Origin: Candidatus Latescibacterota bacterium
GTDB lineage: Bacteria; Latescibacterota; UBA2968; GCA-2709665
Assembly (NCBI GenBank): GCA_963667175.2
Contig: CAXXXF010000012.1
Location: forward strand, 32,001 to 96,000
Length of the DNA stretch: 64,000 nt
Direction: 5' to 3'
Shown: one piece after another, positions 1 through 9,029 of the stretch
Layout: each line of letters starts with the position of its first letter
Position numbering within the stretch: position 1 is the first letter of the stretch
Translations under genes and position numbers: made by a program
The notes under the pieces: model-generated
Database searches by the model: none
Told to the model about the DNA's origin: nothing
Seen by the model: only the letters and a program-made list of their open reading frames with translations

Positions 1-259
1 GCCACAGAATGTCCGCCTCAGAAACCGGAATCGCATCGAGGTCGCGGCGGTCGATCGACACTCCCGGGCGTTTCTCGGGCGTACTCTTGCCGGAACGCTT
101 CTCATTCCAGCGCATCAGCCCGACGTTCCATAGCGCCAGGGCCTGCATGGCGGAGGTTTCGTCCGAGTGGTCGGGTCCGATGAACACCACCGGACTCCCC
201 AATTCGATCTCCACCTCGCCGAGGCGCTTGAAATTTCGGATGGTGAGTTTGGTCAGCAT
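1..259 (-). CDS. N-terminal part of an AAA/ABC-type ATPase (runs off the window edge); paralog of 2589..3638 with a degenerate Walker A
   Basis: Reads MLTKLTIRNFKRLGEVEIELGSPVVFIGPDHSDETSAMQALALWNVG..., close to the start of the 2589..3638 gene, but GPNNSGKTS has become GPDHSDETS. Confidence 0.7.
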   Translation of the reverse strand, partial: MLTKLTIRNFKRLGEVEIELGSPVVFIGPDHSDETSAMQALALWNVGLMRWNEKRSGKSTPEKRPGVSIDRRDLDAIPVSEADILW

Positions 260-411
260 CAGTTCGCGACAATTCCTATTTGGAGGGAAGAAGCCGTTCC
301 TCATTCGAGCACGAACACGCAAAGCATCCAATCCTGCCTGCTAAGGAACGGCAATGATCCTTTATTCACGAATTGGGCCAGCCCGGCTCTATTCGGCAAG
401 GTCACGAGGAA

Positions 412-560
412 TTACCAAGAGCAGTAAATATTGGACAGTGGCCAGTGGTCAGGAAGAGCAGTCGCTCACTTCCATTTATTCTCAGGATTGGCAAATATTC
501 GACACCGAGACCCCACGAAAGAAGAGTGGGAGGATAGTAACTATAGGGTGCTCCCCGTAA
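412..560. mobile_element. MITE family B, copy 1 (~150 bp)
   Basis: Imperfect terminal inverted repeats (TIRs) TTACCAAGAGCA...TGCTCCCCGTAA; colinear second copy at 19162..19310. Confidence 0.7.
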
Positions 561-598
561 TATGTCTCGATACCAAAGTACATCCGATCACGTCGCGT

Positions 599-1891
599 TC
601 AGGCTCCCTCGCTGACCACCGAGCGCGGCTCGGCACAGGCAGGCGCTTCGTTGCGGTTTTCGGTGAAGGCGAGTGCGGTTTCCATCCAGCCTTCGGTAAG
701 CAGGTCGCCCAACCCTCTCCCGGACTTGCGCAATTTCCCGGCGTCGGGCAGTTCGGCGACCGGTCGGATGATAGCGTCGGAAGTGTCTTCAAGGCGGCAG
801 ACGACAGAGGTATTCTCGAACGTATTGTCATTCATTACGGTCAACAGAGTTGGCGCATGGGTCGTGGTGAGCACCTGAATACCGTGCTTCGCAGTTTGTC
901 GTTCGATTAAATCCGTCAACAAATGCAGCCGCACCGGGTGGATACCATTGTCGATTTCTTCAAAAAAATTGAAGCTGGCCGGATTTTCGCCGAACAGCAC
1001 AGCCAGTATGGCGAGAAAACGCAATGTGCCGTCCGAAGCGCTATAGGCAGATACTTTGCCGCCATTTGCCTCGCAGAGCATGAGATGGACCCGACCGCTC
1101 GGGTCACTCGGAAACTCGAAATCGGCCACTTCCATGGGTGTGAGTTCGTTCAGCCAATTGGCGAGGATTTCTTTTCGCCGTGGGGCGGCGCAAATTGCCT
1201 GAAGCACGGTCGGCAAATTCTCACCGCCATCGCCCAATACGTTTGCGCCTGGGAACGTGGGCTCACGCATTCGATCCGGCACGAAGTCAAAAAATCGCAT
1301 ACGTTCAAACGCGGATTGAATGCCCAATTCGGACAATTTCTGGTACCATATCTCCTTGTCGTTCTGAAGAAACTGAGTCAGGCCAGGTTGAGATTGGCTA
1401 AGCCCAATTACGCGTTCAGCCTTCTCCCCCACTGCCAGCCAGAGGCCGGGATCACCACTCTCCACGGTCTTATAGATCATCGCCGATTCCGTCCGTAGCT
1501 CTTCTTCCAGCACACCGAATCCGTTTGGGTTTGTTGGGTCTAATCCAACCTTGATTGAATAGAAGGTCTTCATCCCCGACAGATTCAGTTCGATATGCAG
1601 GGAAAACGCGGCAGGCACAACAGGAGAGAGTTCGAATGGATCGGAAAAATGAATGATCTCGTTTGGAGCGCCTCGGATGGGTTCCCATACCTGCTGGCCG
1701 CCGCCGCCATATTTCCCGCCCATGATCTCCGCCAGCGTATAGCCCCGGCCGATGCCGTGGAGGAAGCGGAGGGCGTCGCGGATATTGCTTTTGCCGCTGG
1801 CGTTCGCGCCTACGATGACCGTGAACGGGCCGACGCGCAGGGTCTCGTCGGCGAAGTTTTTGAAATTCACGAGGCGAATCGACGTGATCAT
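599..1891 (-). CDS. AAA_21/AAA_15-like ABC-type ATPase
   Basis: Walker A GANASGKS, signature SASDGTLRF, Walker B FFEEIDNGIHP, H-loop TTH. Confidence 0.85.
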   Translation of the reverse strand: MITSIRLVNFKNFADETLRVGPFTVIVGANASGKSNIRDALRFLHGIGRGYTLAEIMGGKYGGGGQQVWEPIRGAPNEIIHFSDPFELSPVVPAAFSLHIELNLSGMKTFYSIKVGLDPTNPNGFGVLEEELRTESAMIYKTVESGDPGLWLAVGEKAERVIGLSQSQPGLTQFLQNDKEIWYQKLSELGIQSAFERMRFFDFVPDRMREPTFPGANVLGDGGENLPTVLQAICAAPRRKEILANWLNELTPMEVADFEFPSDPSGRVHLMLCEANGGKVSAYSASDGTLRFLAILAVLFGENPASFNFFEEIDNGIHPVRLHLLTDLIERQTAKHGIQVLTTTHAPTLLTVMNDNTFENTSVVCRLEDTSDAIIRPVAELPDAGKLRKSGRGLGDLLTEGWMETALAFTENRNEAPACAEPRSVVSEGA

Positions 1892-2005
1892 GATGCTTTC
1901 TCCGATTAGCTATTCACTTGTGGTAACCGGGGGCGGCCAGTTCAATGAGCGGCTGTGCCAGCGCTCGGATAGTGGGGCTCCGGTTCACACTCGCCTCCCG
2001 CGCGT

Positions 2006-2308
2006 TCAGGTCTGCACAGCCTCGCGGTTCTTGAGTGTTGGCAGCGCTCTGATGGCGTCGCCTGTTATCTCCTCAGCAATCCGTAATTCATAGAGCTTTT
2101 GTAAATTCATCCAGAACTCCGCGCTGGTGTAAAAAAAATGAGCCAACCTCAGGGCCGTATCGCCAGTGATTGCACGTCGTCCATTGAGGATTTCGGCGAT
2201 TCGGCTGGCAGGCGCCTCAATATGTCGTGCGAGCGAAACTGCGCTTATGTCGAGCTCTCTCAACTCCTCGGCAAGGTGTTCTCCCGGATGAATCGCGGGT
2301 ATGGTCAT
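2006..2308 (-). CDS. higA: HigA-family antitoxin (HTH addiction module antidote)
   Basis: IHPGEHLAEEL...RIAEILNGRRAITGDTALRLAHFF.TSAEFWMNLQKLYEL; RBS AGGAG at 2316-2320 supports ATG at 2308. Confidence 0.9.
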   Translation of the reverse strand: MTIPAIHPGEHLAEELRELDISAVSLARHIEAPASRIAEILNGRRAITGDTALRLAHFFYTSAEFWMNLQKLYELRIAEEITGDAIRALPTLKNREAVQT

Positions 2309-2323
2309 CACAGTTCTCCTTAG

Positions 2324-2536
2324 CCTCAATTCGAAAAAGATGACCGCTAATTCAGCCACAAAAAGCACAAAAGTCACAAAAGGTATCGGTGCCAATCGGG
2401 GCGTAAAGGTCGTCCAAATGGACAATTCTACCGTTCACATACAGTGACCTGAAGTATCCTGGATATCCGACGTCAAATCGCCTGTATTCACCTGCATATA
2501 TTCGATTAAACGTCACCGAAGAATTACGAATCAAGG
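2324..2536. mobile_element. MITE family A, copy 1 (~213 bp, TTAG target duplication)
   Basis: Ends CCTCAATTCG...CGAATCAAGG flanked by TTAG on both sides; homologous copy at 12358..12571. Confidence 0.8.
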
Positions 2537-2537
2537 T

Positions 2538-2575
2538 TAGTGATAGTCCACGATTTCCACGTTCGTTGGCCCCGG
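2538..2575 (-). pseudogene. higB: C-terminal remnant of a HigB toxin
   Basis: Reads GPTNVEIVDYH*, the typical HigB C-terminus, immediately upstream of higA; the rest of the gene is missing. Confidence 0.7.
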
Positions 2576-2588
2576 TCAGAAACCGATT

Positions 2589-3638
2589 TCATTCAGCGCT
2601 AACACGTCCCGGCTCTCGGGCGTCGTCAATCGGATGCGGCCCTCCATCGAACGAGATGACCATGTCCCGACCTGCGACTTCGTTGAGCAGCACTACGGAG
2701 TGGGTGGCGGCAATGATCTGACTCCCGCTTGCTCTCGCTACTTCCGTGAGCAGCCCAAAGATCTGGCGCTGCCTGAGACTCTCCAGGTGAGCGTCCGGCT
2801 CCTCCACGAGCAGAACGGCCCCAGGATTGGAATACATGTGCGCCAGCAATAGCAATGTCTGCTGCAGTCCGCGCCCCGCGGACGACAGATCGAGCCTGAC
2901 CCGCTGTTCACGGTACGTCATTGCGATCTCGCCCCGTTCCGGTATATACACGGGTGGGTCGAGCCGTGACCCGAACAGTGTCTGTATGTGTTCAACAAGG
3001 ATGTTCCACTTTTCCGGTTGCGTCTGATGGACCTGGAAACACAGGTTTCGCAGAACCTCCGCCGTACGACCCTCCCCAATCCGGACGTTGACGGCCCCCT
3101 CGTCGAGGCGCGTTTCCGTCGCGGCCAAACCCGACATTGGCGGCAGGAAGGCAATTCGCATGCTTCCGGCTTCGTTTGGTACGGGCATCCGGTACGGTGT
3201 TCTAGAATCCGAAAGGCGTAACGGCCTGCAGTAGAAGGACTGATCATTCGCGTAGTCGAACTCAAGGCCGCACTGCCAGCGTTTGTCCTCGGTTACTCCC
3301 TCCACGATGACGTCAATGCGAACGTTGCTGGTGCGCTGCCTTCCATCCACGATCCGCACGTCCCGCACGTGCAGGTCTCGCCACAGAAGGTTCGCCTCTG
3401 GTATGGGAATTGCAACGAGATCACGCCGGTTGATCGTCACTCCGGGGCGTTTCTCGGGCGTACTCTTGCCGGAACGCTTCTCATTCCAGCGCATCAGCCC
3501 GACGTCCCATAGCGCCAGGGCCTGCATGGCAGAGGTCTTGCCCGAGTTGTTCGGTCCGATGAACACCACCGGACTCCCCAATTCGATTTCCACCTCGCCG
3601 AAGCGCTTGAAATTACGGATGGTTAGATTGGTTAGCAT
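2589..3638 (-). CDS. AAA/ABC-type ATPase, probably C-terminally truncated
   Basis: GPNNSGKTS, SAGRGLQQ, LLVEEPDAHL, ATHS; ends just before the higB remnant, suggesting a deletion. Confidence 0.8.
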   Translation of the reverse strand: MLTNLTIRNFKRFGEVEIELGSPVVFIGPNNSGKTSAMQALALWDVGLMRWNEKRSGKSTPEKRPGVTINRRDLVAIPIPEANLLWRDLHVRDVRIVDGRQRTSNVRIDVIVEGVTEDKRWQCGLEFDYANDQSFYCRPLRLSDSRTPYRMPVPNEAGSMRIAFLPPMSGLAATETRLDEGAVNVRIGEGRTAEVLRNLCFQVHQTQPEKWNILVEHIQTLFGSRLDPPVYIPERGEIAMTYREQRVRLDLSSAGRGLQQTLLLLAHMYSNPGAVLLVEEPDAHLESLRQRQIFGLLTEVARASGSQIIAATHSVVLLNEVAGRDMVISFDGGPHPIDDAREPGRVSAE

Positions 3639-3688
3639 CGGGTTTCCAACAGGCACAAAGTTCCGTGTAATTTCTTTATATTTAATAA

Positions 3689-6600
3689 TTAGCGGTCGAA
3701 TTCTTCAAGTTCATTTCCAAAATCCCCCAGCCCTTCCAGGCAAAGCCGGTCGATCAAGTCCAATGCACGCGCCCCCCAGATGTCGTTCTCGTGCTGCTGG
3801 TACGTCCGGAATATGAGCTTCGCGATACCGTGTGCGTCGGCTGAACGACTGGTCCTGATGTCTCTTGCTTCATCTGCGAATCGATCCAGGAATCGCTCAC
3901 AAACCACACACGTGATTCCCGGTAAACGCCTCGACGATTCTTCCATTGTTTCGACAAGGTATGTCGACTCATCGTGAAATGCCTTGCTGTCGCAGAATGA
4001 CGTGATTAATTCTTCGTATGTTTGGAGGGATTCATTGCGCAGTTTGTCGAAACATGAGGCAGCAATACGCCGTACTTCATTATCGTCGTCGTTGAACAAT
4101 AGACATAGCCGTTCTTCGGCCCAGGTTCGGTACTCAGGTACAGCGATATTTGCGTACGCGACCTGCGCCACACCGAGACGACACCTGGCGGGTCCGCGAA
4201 AGGCTTCATTTGCAAGGTCCGAAGCCTGCATGGAATTCTCTTTTATCAGTGCTGCGATACAGGCCAAGCGTGCGCCAGACTCCTGTACATCGGGCTCGGA
4301 TGACCGGATCATATGACTAATGATCGGCGACATTTCGTCTAAACAGGCGTGAATTCCATGGTGAATTAAGCGGTAGACATCTCTTGTTGCAAGCAAGCGG
4401 TCTTCCGACAGGTTCATGCCACGGAATAGCGACATTCCAAGCGACACGTCGTTAAAAGCAACGACGTCGACTGCACCTGCAACACGTGACAGCACCGCGG
4501 GGCTAGGGTCCCGAATCATCATTGCCAAAGTGGGCTGAAAACGGTCGACGTACGTCGAGTCTCCGAGAATGAGGTCACGAATGGCATTGGCCGCTCGCCC
4601 CCGCGTGGTGTTGATTCCATTCATATAGATATCACCACCGTAAAAGGGTTCGCCATTGCCGACTTCCCTACGCCACAATTCTCGATCCGGATCGTCGTGT
4701 TCCGTTGCCAGGTAGTGCAGCATTTGAACGGCCTCGTCCGGGAGTGCCTCCCCTAAGCTTCCGAGGACGTCCGCGATCGACTTGCCGCAGTGCGCACGTG
4801 ATTCCTGGAAGGCCTTGCGACAGACCTGAAGTTTGAGTGCGGTGTGGACAGTAGATTCCGTCAACGCGGCCAATACCACATCAATATACACCGGGTTGGC
4901 ATCGGCAGGAAACCTGAGGCTAAGGCGCGCGAATCGAACCGGTTCCTCATTGACCCGCTCTTCCAAAATTCGCGCCAACTCTGGCGCACCGCCCTTTATC
5001 GGGTCGGCCGTGTCGTCGGTTCGATTCGTGCTGTATTTCGCAATCGCGCGGAGCCACTGGCAGTCTGTCATTCTCTCCGCTGCAGACCTTTCGATAGGTG
5101 ACTTGACAAAGCCTGCCGTGAATTTGCGGGGCTTGCCTTCCGGTTCACCAAACTTCCGCTTCAATTCCTCGAAGTGCGCGCCTGCACGAGTACTTCGCAG
5201 CTCTGGTGGAATCGCCGAGAGCAGGTTGAACCGCGCCCGGCCGTTTTCTCTGCGTCCCTCTATGGTGCGCTCATAGGGATCCGCATAGCGCAGAATCGCG
5301 GCTTGAAGCTTGTTGCGATTCCCTGCACTGCAGTGCGGGAACAAAGCCCGAATCGCTTCCATCGCGCACCAGTACCGGTTGCCAGAGAACCCACACTTAA
5401 AACGCCACGGTTCATCACACAGCAACAGAACCGCCTCGTCCGCGTATCGTGCCGCACCTCCACCGTACAAAGCCAGGAGAAGATGGTTTGCGACGTGTGT
5501 ATCTCGGCGGCGCAACTCCGCGATCTCACTGGACAGATCGGTTTTCCCCTCGCGCGCGTGCGCGGCGAGCGCCATGGCCAACCCCGACAGACAGGCATTT
5601 TTGCCATCTGGATGTTCGGTCCTTATGAAAATTGACCATACGCCATCACGCTTCGGCGGCTCATCGCCCATCTGAGCGGAATCCGAAATTTCGAGAACAA
5701 CCGGCAGCACATGCTCCACAAAAGCGGCGGGGGCCTTGGCCGCTGCCTTATCCAAAATCTCTATTGCGGAGTCGTCATATCCAAAGAACTGCTTGTGGCG
5801 CACGTCCTCGCCTGCATCCCTGATGGTTGTAAACCGTAACCGAAGCCTTTGGGCCAGGGCCTCAGGCACCCACTCTGGCCTGCATTCAACGAGACGGTAC
5901 AAAATACGCCGGAATGTGTCCTTTATGGCGACAGGCTTCCGGGAATCGTATAGACCCCCGTTTTCGACAAGACGTAGATAGATATCGAAAACCTCTCGGC
6001 TAGCGCCGAGGTCAGTGAAACCGATAATAGAGCAAAGCCGTCGCGGCCATTCGCCGCCGCAGTCAACGTACGGTTTCAAAATATCGGCGACGACATCCGG
6101 CGAGTGGCGGTGGTGTATCCTCAGGTAATCTACAGCCTCATCCACCAGGCGGTCTTTGCCGGAGGCCAGCCATTGCTTGATCAGCTTCTGCATCCCAATG
6201 AACGCAAACCATGAAGATGACCCAAAGAGACGCTGCCAAGCGAGGGCCGATAACTTGCCCGCGTTTGGCGTTCCGTTCTCGATCACTATTAGCGCCGGGG
6301 CTGACCACCGCTGCCAGATGTCCCATTCCTCTTCGGTCGGTTCGGTAACTTCGGCGAGAAGCGCGAAAACTAGATGCTTGATGTGGGGCCGGATTGCTTC
6401 GTCCGAGAGCAGGCCGTCGACTTCTTGCACATAACGAGGGAAGTCAGCGTCACGGAGGTAAACCAGCGCCTGCCGAACCAAAGCGCGGCAAAACAGGTGT
6501 TGCTCCGATTTTTTCAGGAACGAGACGAGCGATTCAGACCGATTGAAGAACAGTCGCGCAAAACAGTAGTCGAAGAAACTTTCGTGACCGAATCCGTACC

Positions 6601-8206
6601 GCCGCCCGTCGCAGTTAAGTACGCCTTCCGAAGCCAGACTGTGCAAGTAATTGGGCTGAATGATGTCCAGCTTCTCTTTGGCCACAGAAAGCTGCTGAGT
6701 GGAGGTCATCTCATCACAGAGGGTCTTCATGACTTCCATCCACAGATCGCTCTCGACTTGCTCTAATACGACCTGTCGCTTGGTGTCCCAGTACTGCTCG
6801 AAGAGCTTTGTGGCAGTACCGAACGTGGGTGCCTGCAACGCGTCAATGTCGGCATCGAGAAAAAGAGATAGGTTCTGTGGAAGCCGCAGTAGCTCCAACT
6901 GGCGCTTCTGGAACAACGCCGGATCGAAACCGGCGTCCCCCAAAATGGCCTTGACTTCCTCGACCGTAAATTCGATGACGTCTACCTGGGGGTGTGAATT
7001 CGGCATTAGCTTGCGCAAACGCGGGTCGTTTTTCCAGTCGAACGCCCGGCAGACGACAACCGTATGTATATTGGCTCGCGTTCGTGTCCCACGGGCTTCG
7101 CGAAGCAGCCACTCGACGAGATCAAATGCCTCGGACTTCCTACCAGACAGGGTACTCACCGCGTCCAGTTGATCGACAATGAGGACGCCCGGAGGCCCTT
7201 CGGCTTCTGCCGCCGCCGCGAGCACAAGAACCGGCGACTCTTCGAGATCCAGAAACTTTCCAAGATCCGTAGTTGTAGATGCTGAAAGGACCCGATCCAA
7301 CCGGAACGCCACCACGGGAATTCCCCGTGCGCGGAGGCACTCTGTGACCTGAACGACGCAAGCCGTTTTCCCAGTGCCTGCCCTGCCGGTCAGAACGCTG
7401 TCGGTCGCCTCCCTCTTCAGTTGCGAAAGTAGCGTTTCCGCAGCTTTCCTCGGGACGAGCTTTTTCTGAATGAGCCTGATTCGTGCTCCGTCCAGGTACC
7501 GATTTGTCGCAGCTTCTACAGCATCACCAGCGTGCATCGGCCTACGCAAGCGTCGCAGTTGATATCCGTGCTGGGCAAGTTCGTGGACCAACGTTTGGCG
7601 CCTCAGCGTGCGATGCACGGAATCTTCAGCGATCGCCCGTAGCTTCTCCACCACGTTGTTCGGATTCGCGAGAAAAAGCGCCTGTACACCACACTGCACC
7701 TTGTCTACGAGTTCACGCTCGTCAATCGTGTGGATTTCCACCCGTCGGAGTTGGTCAATCGCGGCTGGCACTTCACACTTCCAGTGACAAAGCAGCCGTT
7801 TAAGCCATTCCTTCCGTTCATTGGCCGCGAGAAAGGCCTGTTTGAACTCCTCCACTGACTCCGCGCACTTCGCTGCCTCGCATAGCTCCGACAGCTCTGG
7901 AGCGCCGCTACCCGACGCGAAGACGAATCGATCATTGTTGCCCGCCAACTGCTGGCCAATGGCCTGAAGAAGCCCGTCAGCACTGAGTCCCGCGAGGCTC
8001 CACTTACCGTTAGGATGGCTGCGTTTCACCTGATGGAGTTCTCGACAGGACCCGGCTTTAACGACAAACTCCGCCTTCTCGAATCCGGGATCCTCAATAC
8101 GGATTTCATCGGTGTCGCCTCGGAGCATTCGAACCAACTGCGAAACCGTCCACCAATTCTCGTAGCGGTTGCCGAGTTTGTTTGCAGGTCCACCTGGTAG
8201 TGCCAT
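3689..8206 (-). CDS. Avs/AVAST-like STAND NTPase with N-terminal Cap4/Mrr-like nuclease and long helical C-terminal sensor region
   Basis: N-term GNRYENWW...AEF...HQVK (nuclease-like), Walker A GRAGTGKT, Walker B LIVDQLD, winged-helix FGHESFFDY, ~1500 aa. Confidence 0.75.
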   Translation of the reverse strand: MALPGGPANKLGNRYENWWTVSQLVRMLRGDTDEIRIEDPGFEKAEFVVKAGSCRELHQVKRSHPNGKWSLAGLSADGLLQAIGQQLAGNNDRFVFASGSGAPELSELCEAAKCAESVEEFKQAFLAANERKEWLKRLLCHWKCEVPAAIDQLRRVEIHTIDERELVDKVQCGVQALFLANPNNVVEKLRAIAEDSVHRTLRRQTLVHELAQHGYQLRRLRRPMHAGDAVEAATNRYLDGARIRLIQKKLVPRKAAETLLSQLKREATDSVLTGRAGTGKTACVVQVTECLRARGIPVVAFRLDRVLSASTTTDLGKFLDLEESPVLVLAAAAEAEGPPGVLIVDQLDAVSTLSGRKSEAFDLVEWLLREARGTRTRANIHTVVVCRAFDWKNDPRLRKLMPNSHPQVDVIEFTVEEVKAILGDAGFDPALFQKRQLELLRLPQNLSLFLDADIDALQAPTFGTATKLFEQYWDTKRQVVLEQVESDLWMEVMKTLCDEMTSTQQLSVAKEKLDIIQPNYLHSLASEGVLNCDGRRYGFGHESFFDYCFARLFFNRSESLVSFLKKSEQHLFCRALVRQALVYLRDADFPRYVQEVDGLLSDEAIRPHIKHLVFALLAEVTEPTEEEWDIWQRWSAPALIVIENGTPNAGKLSALAWQRLFGSSSWFAFIGMQKLIKQWLASGKDRLVDEAVDYLRIHHRHSPDVVADILKPYVDCGGEWPRRLCSIIGFTDLGASREVFDIYLRLVENGGLYDSRKPVAIKDTFRRILYRLVECRPEWVPEALAQRLRLRFTTIRDAGEDVRHKQFFGYDDSAIEILDKAAAKAPAAFVEHVLPVVLEISDSAQMGDEPPKRDGVWSIFIRTEHPDGKNACLSGLAMALAAHAREGKTDLSSEIAELRRRDTHVANHLLLALYGGGAARYADEAVLLLCDEPWRFKCGFSGNRYWCAMEAIRALFPHCSAGNRNKLQAAILRYADPYERTIEGRRENGRARFNLLSAIPPELRSTRAGAHFEELKRKFGEPEGKPRKFTAGFVKSPIERSAAERMTDCQWLRAIAKYSTNRTDDTADPIKGGAPELARILEERVNEEPVRFARLSLRFPADANPVYIDVVLAALTESTVHTALKLQVCRKAFQESRAHCGKSIADVLGSLGEALPDEAVQMLHYLATEHDDPDRELWRREVGNGEPFYGGDIYMNGINTTRGRAANAIRDLILGDSTYVDRFQPTLAMMIRDPSPAVLSRVAGAVDVVAFNDVSLGMSLFRGMNLSEDRLLATRDVYRLIHHGIHACLDEMSPIISHMIRSSEPDVQESGARLACIAALIKENSMQASDLANEAFRGPARCRLGVAQVAYANIAVPEYRTWAEERLCLLFNDDDNEVRRIAASCFDKLRNESLQTYEELITSFCDSKAFHDESTYLVETMEESSRRLPGITCVVCERFLDRFADEARDIRTSRSADAHGIAKLIFRTYQQHENDIWGARALDLIDRLCLEGLGDFGNELEEFDR

Positions 8207-8561
8207 GAAAAAATGTCGGCCGATAAAGTAGCTCAATCAGCGAATTGACAACTACGTTTCTCAGGTCCAGCCTCACTACAGTTGCCACATAGACGCCAAA
8301 GGACCGTTTTATAATTCCTTTGTGCGTTTTCGCGGATGCCTTTAGCACAAAACTTTCTACGGAATGTCGTTCTGTTCCCCAGTCGGTCTTGAAGGCATCG
8401 ATGAGCGGTAGAGAAAGCGATGAATTCGTACGCAATGGAGTGAACGTCAGATATGCCGTAGAGGCGGTCCCGGGGTTACAGGTCCCTACGTGCCAATATA
8501 GGGTGAGACAACTCCCCCTTCGAGATTAATGTCGTATCATGGGCGGAGAGGAGAACAAGAG

Positions 8562-9029
8562 ATGAGGTCAAGGACCGATGTTGTAGGCAACGGCAGCAAG
8601 GGGTCTCTGGTTGTGGAGGTCCCGCGCGGGACCTCCACAACCACGAGGCCGGATCCGGAAGTGCCGGCGCGTGCGCAGCGTCGCCGTTTCACGGCAAAGT
8701 ACAAGCTTCGCATCCTGGAAGAGGCGGATGCGTGTCGCGCTCCTGGTGAAGTCGGCGCGCTGCTGCGCCGCGAGGGTCTGTATTCCTCGCAGTTGACGCA
8801 GTGGCGTCGTGCGCGTCGCGAGGGGTCGCTCAAGGCGCTGTTGAAGCTGCGGGGACCGAAAGGGCGTCGCCGCGACGAGGTATCCGTCGAGAACGAGCAA
8901 CTGCGCAAGGAGATCGCCCGTTTGCGACGACGATTGGAACAGGCGAACACGATCCTCGAGATCCAAAAAAAAGCCTCCGAGATCCTGGGCATCCCCCTGA
9001 ATCCGCCAGCAGGCGACGACGACGTATGA
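8562..9029 (+). CDS. IS3-family transposase OrfA (HTH)
   Basis: RRRFTAKYKLRILEEAD...GALLRREGLYSSQLTQWR, C-terminal coiled coil. Confidence 0.9.
   Translation: MRSRTDVVGNGSKGSLVVEVPRGTSTTTRPDPEVPARAQRRRFTAKYKLRILEEADACRAPGEVGALLRREGLYSSQLTQWRRARREGSLKALLKLRGPKGRRRDEVSVENEQLRKEIARLRRRLEQANTILEIQKKASEILGIPLNPPAGDDDV

Noticed and set aside
8106-8435. 109-aa ORF upstream of the Avs-like gene
   Set aside because: Overlaps the Avs start, has no RBS or motif; may be a remnant but cannot be supported
8801-9025. N-terminal extension of IS3 OrfB in the ORF track
   Set aside because: Overlaps orfA; real OrfB starts at ATG 9026 or is reached by frameshifting at the A-run near 8965-8972
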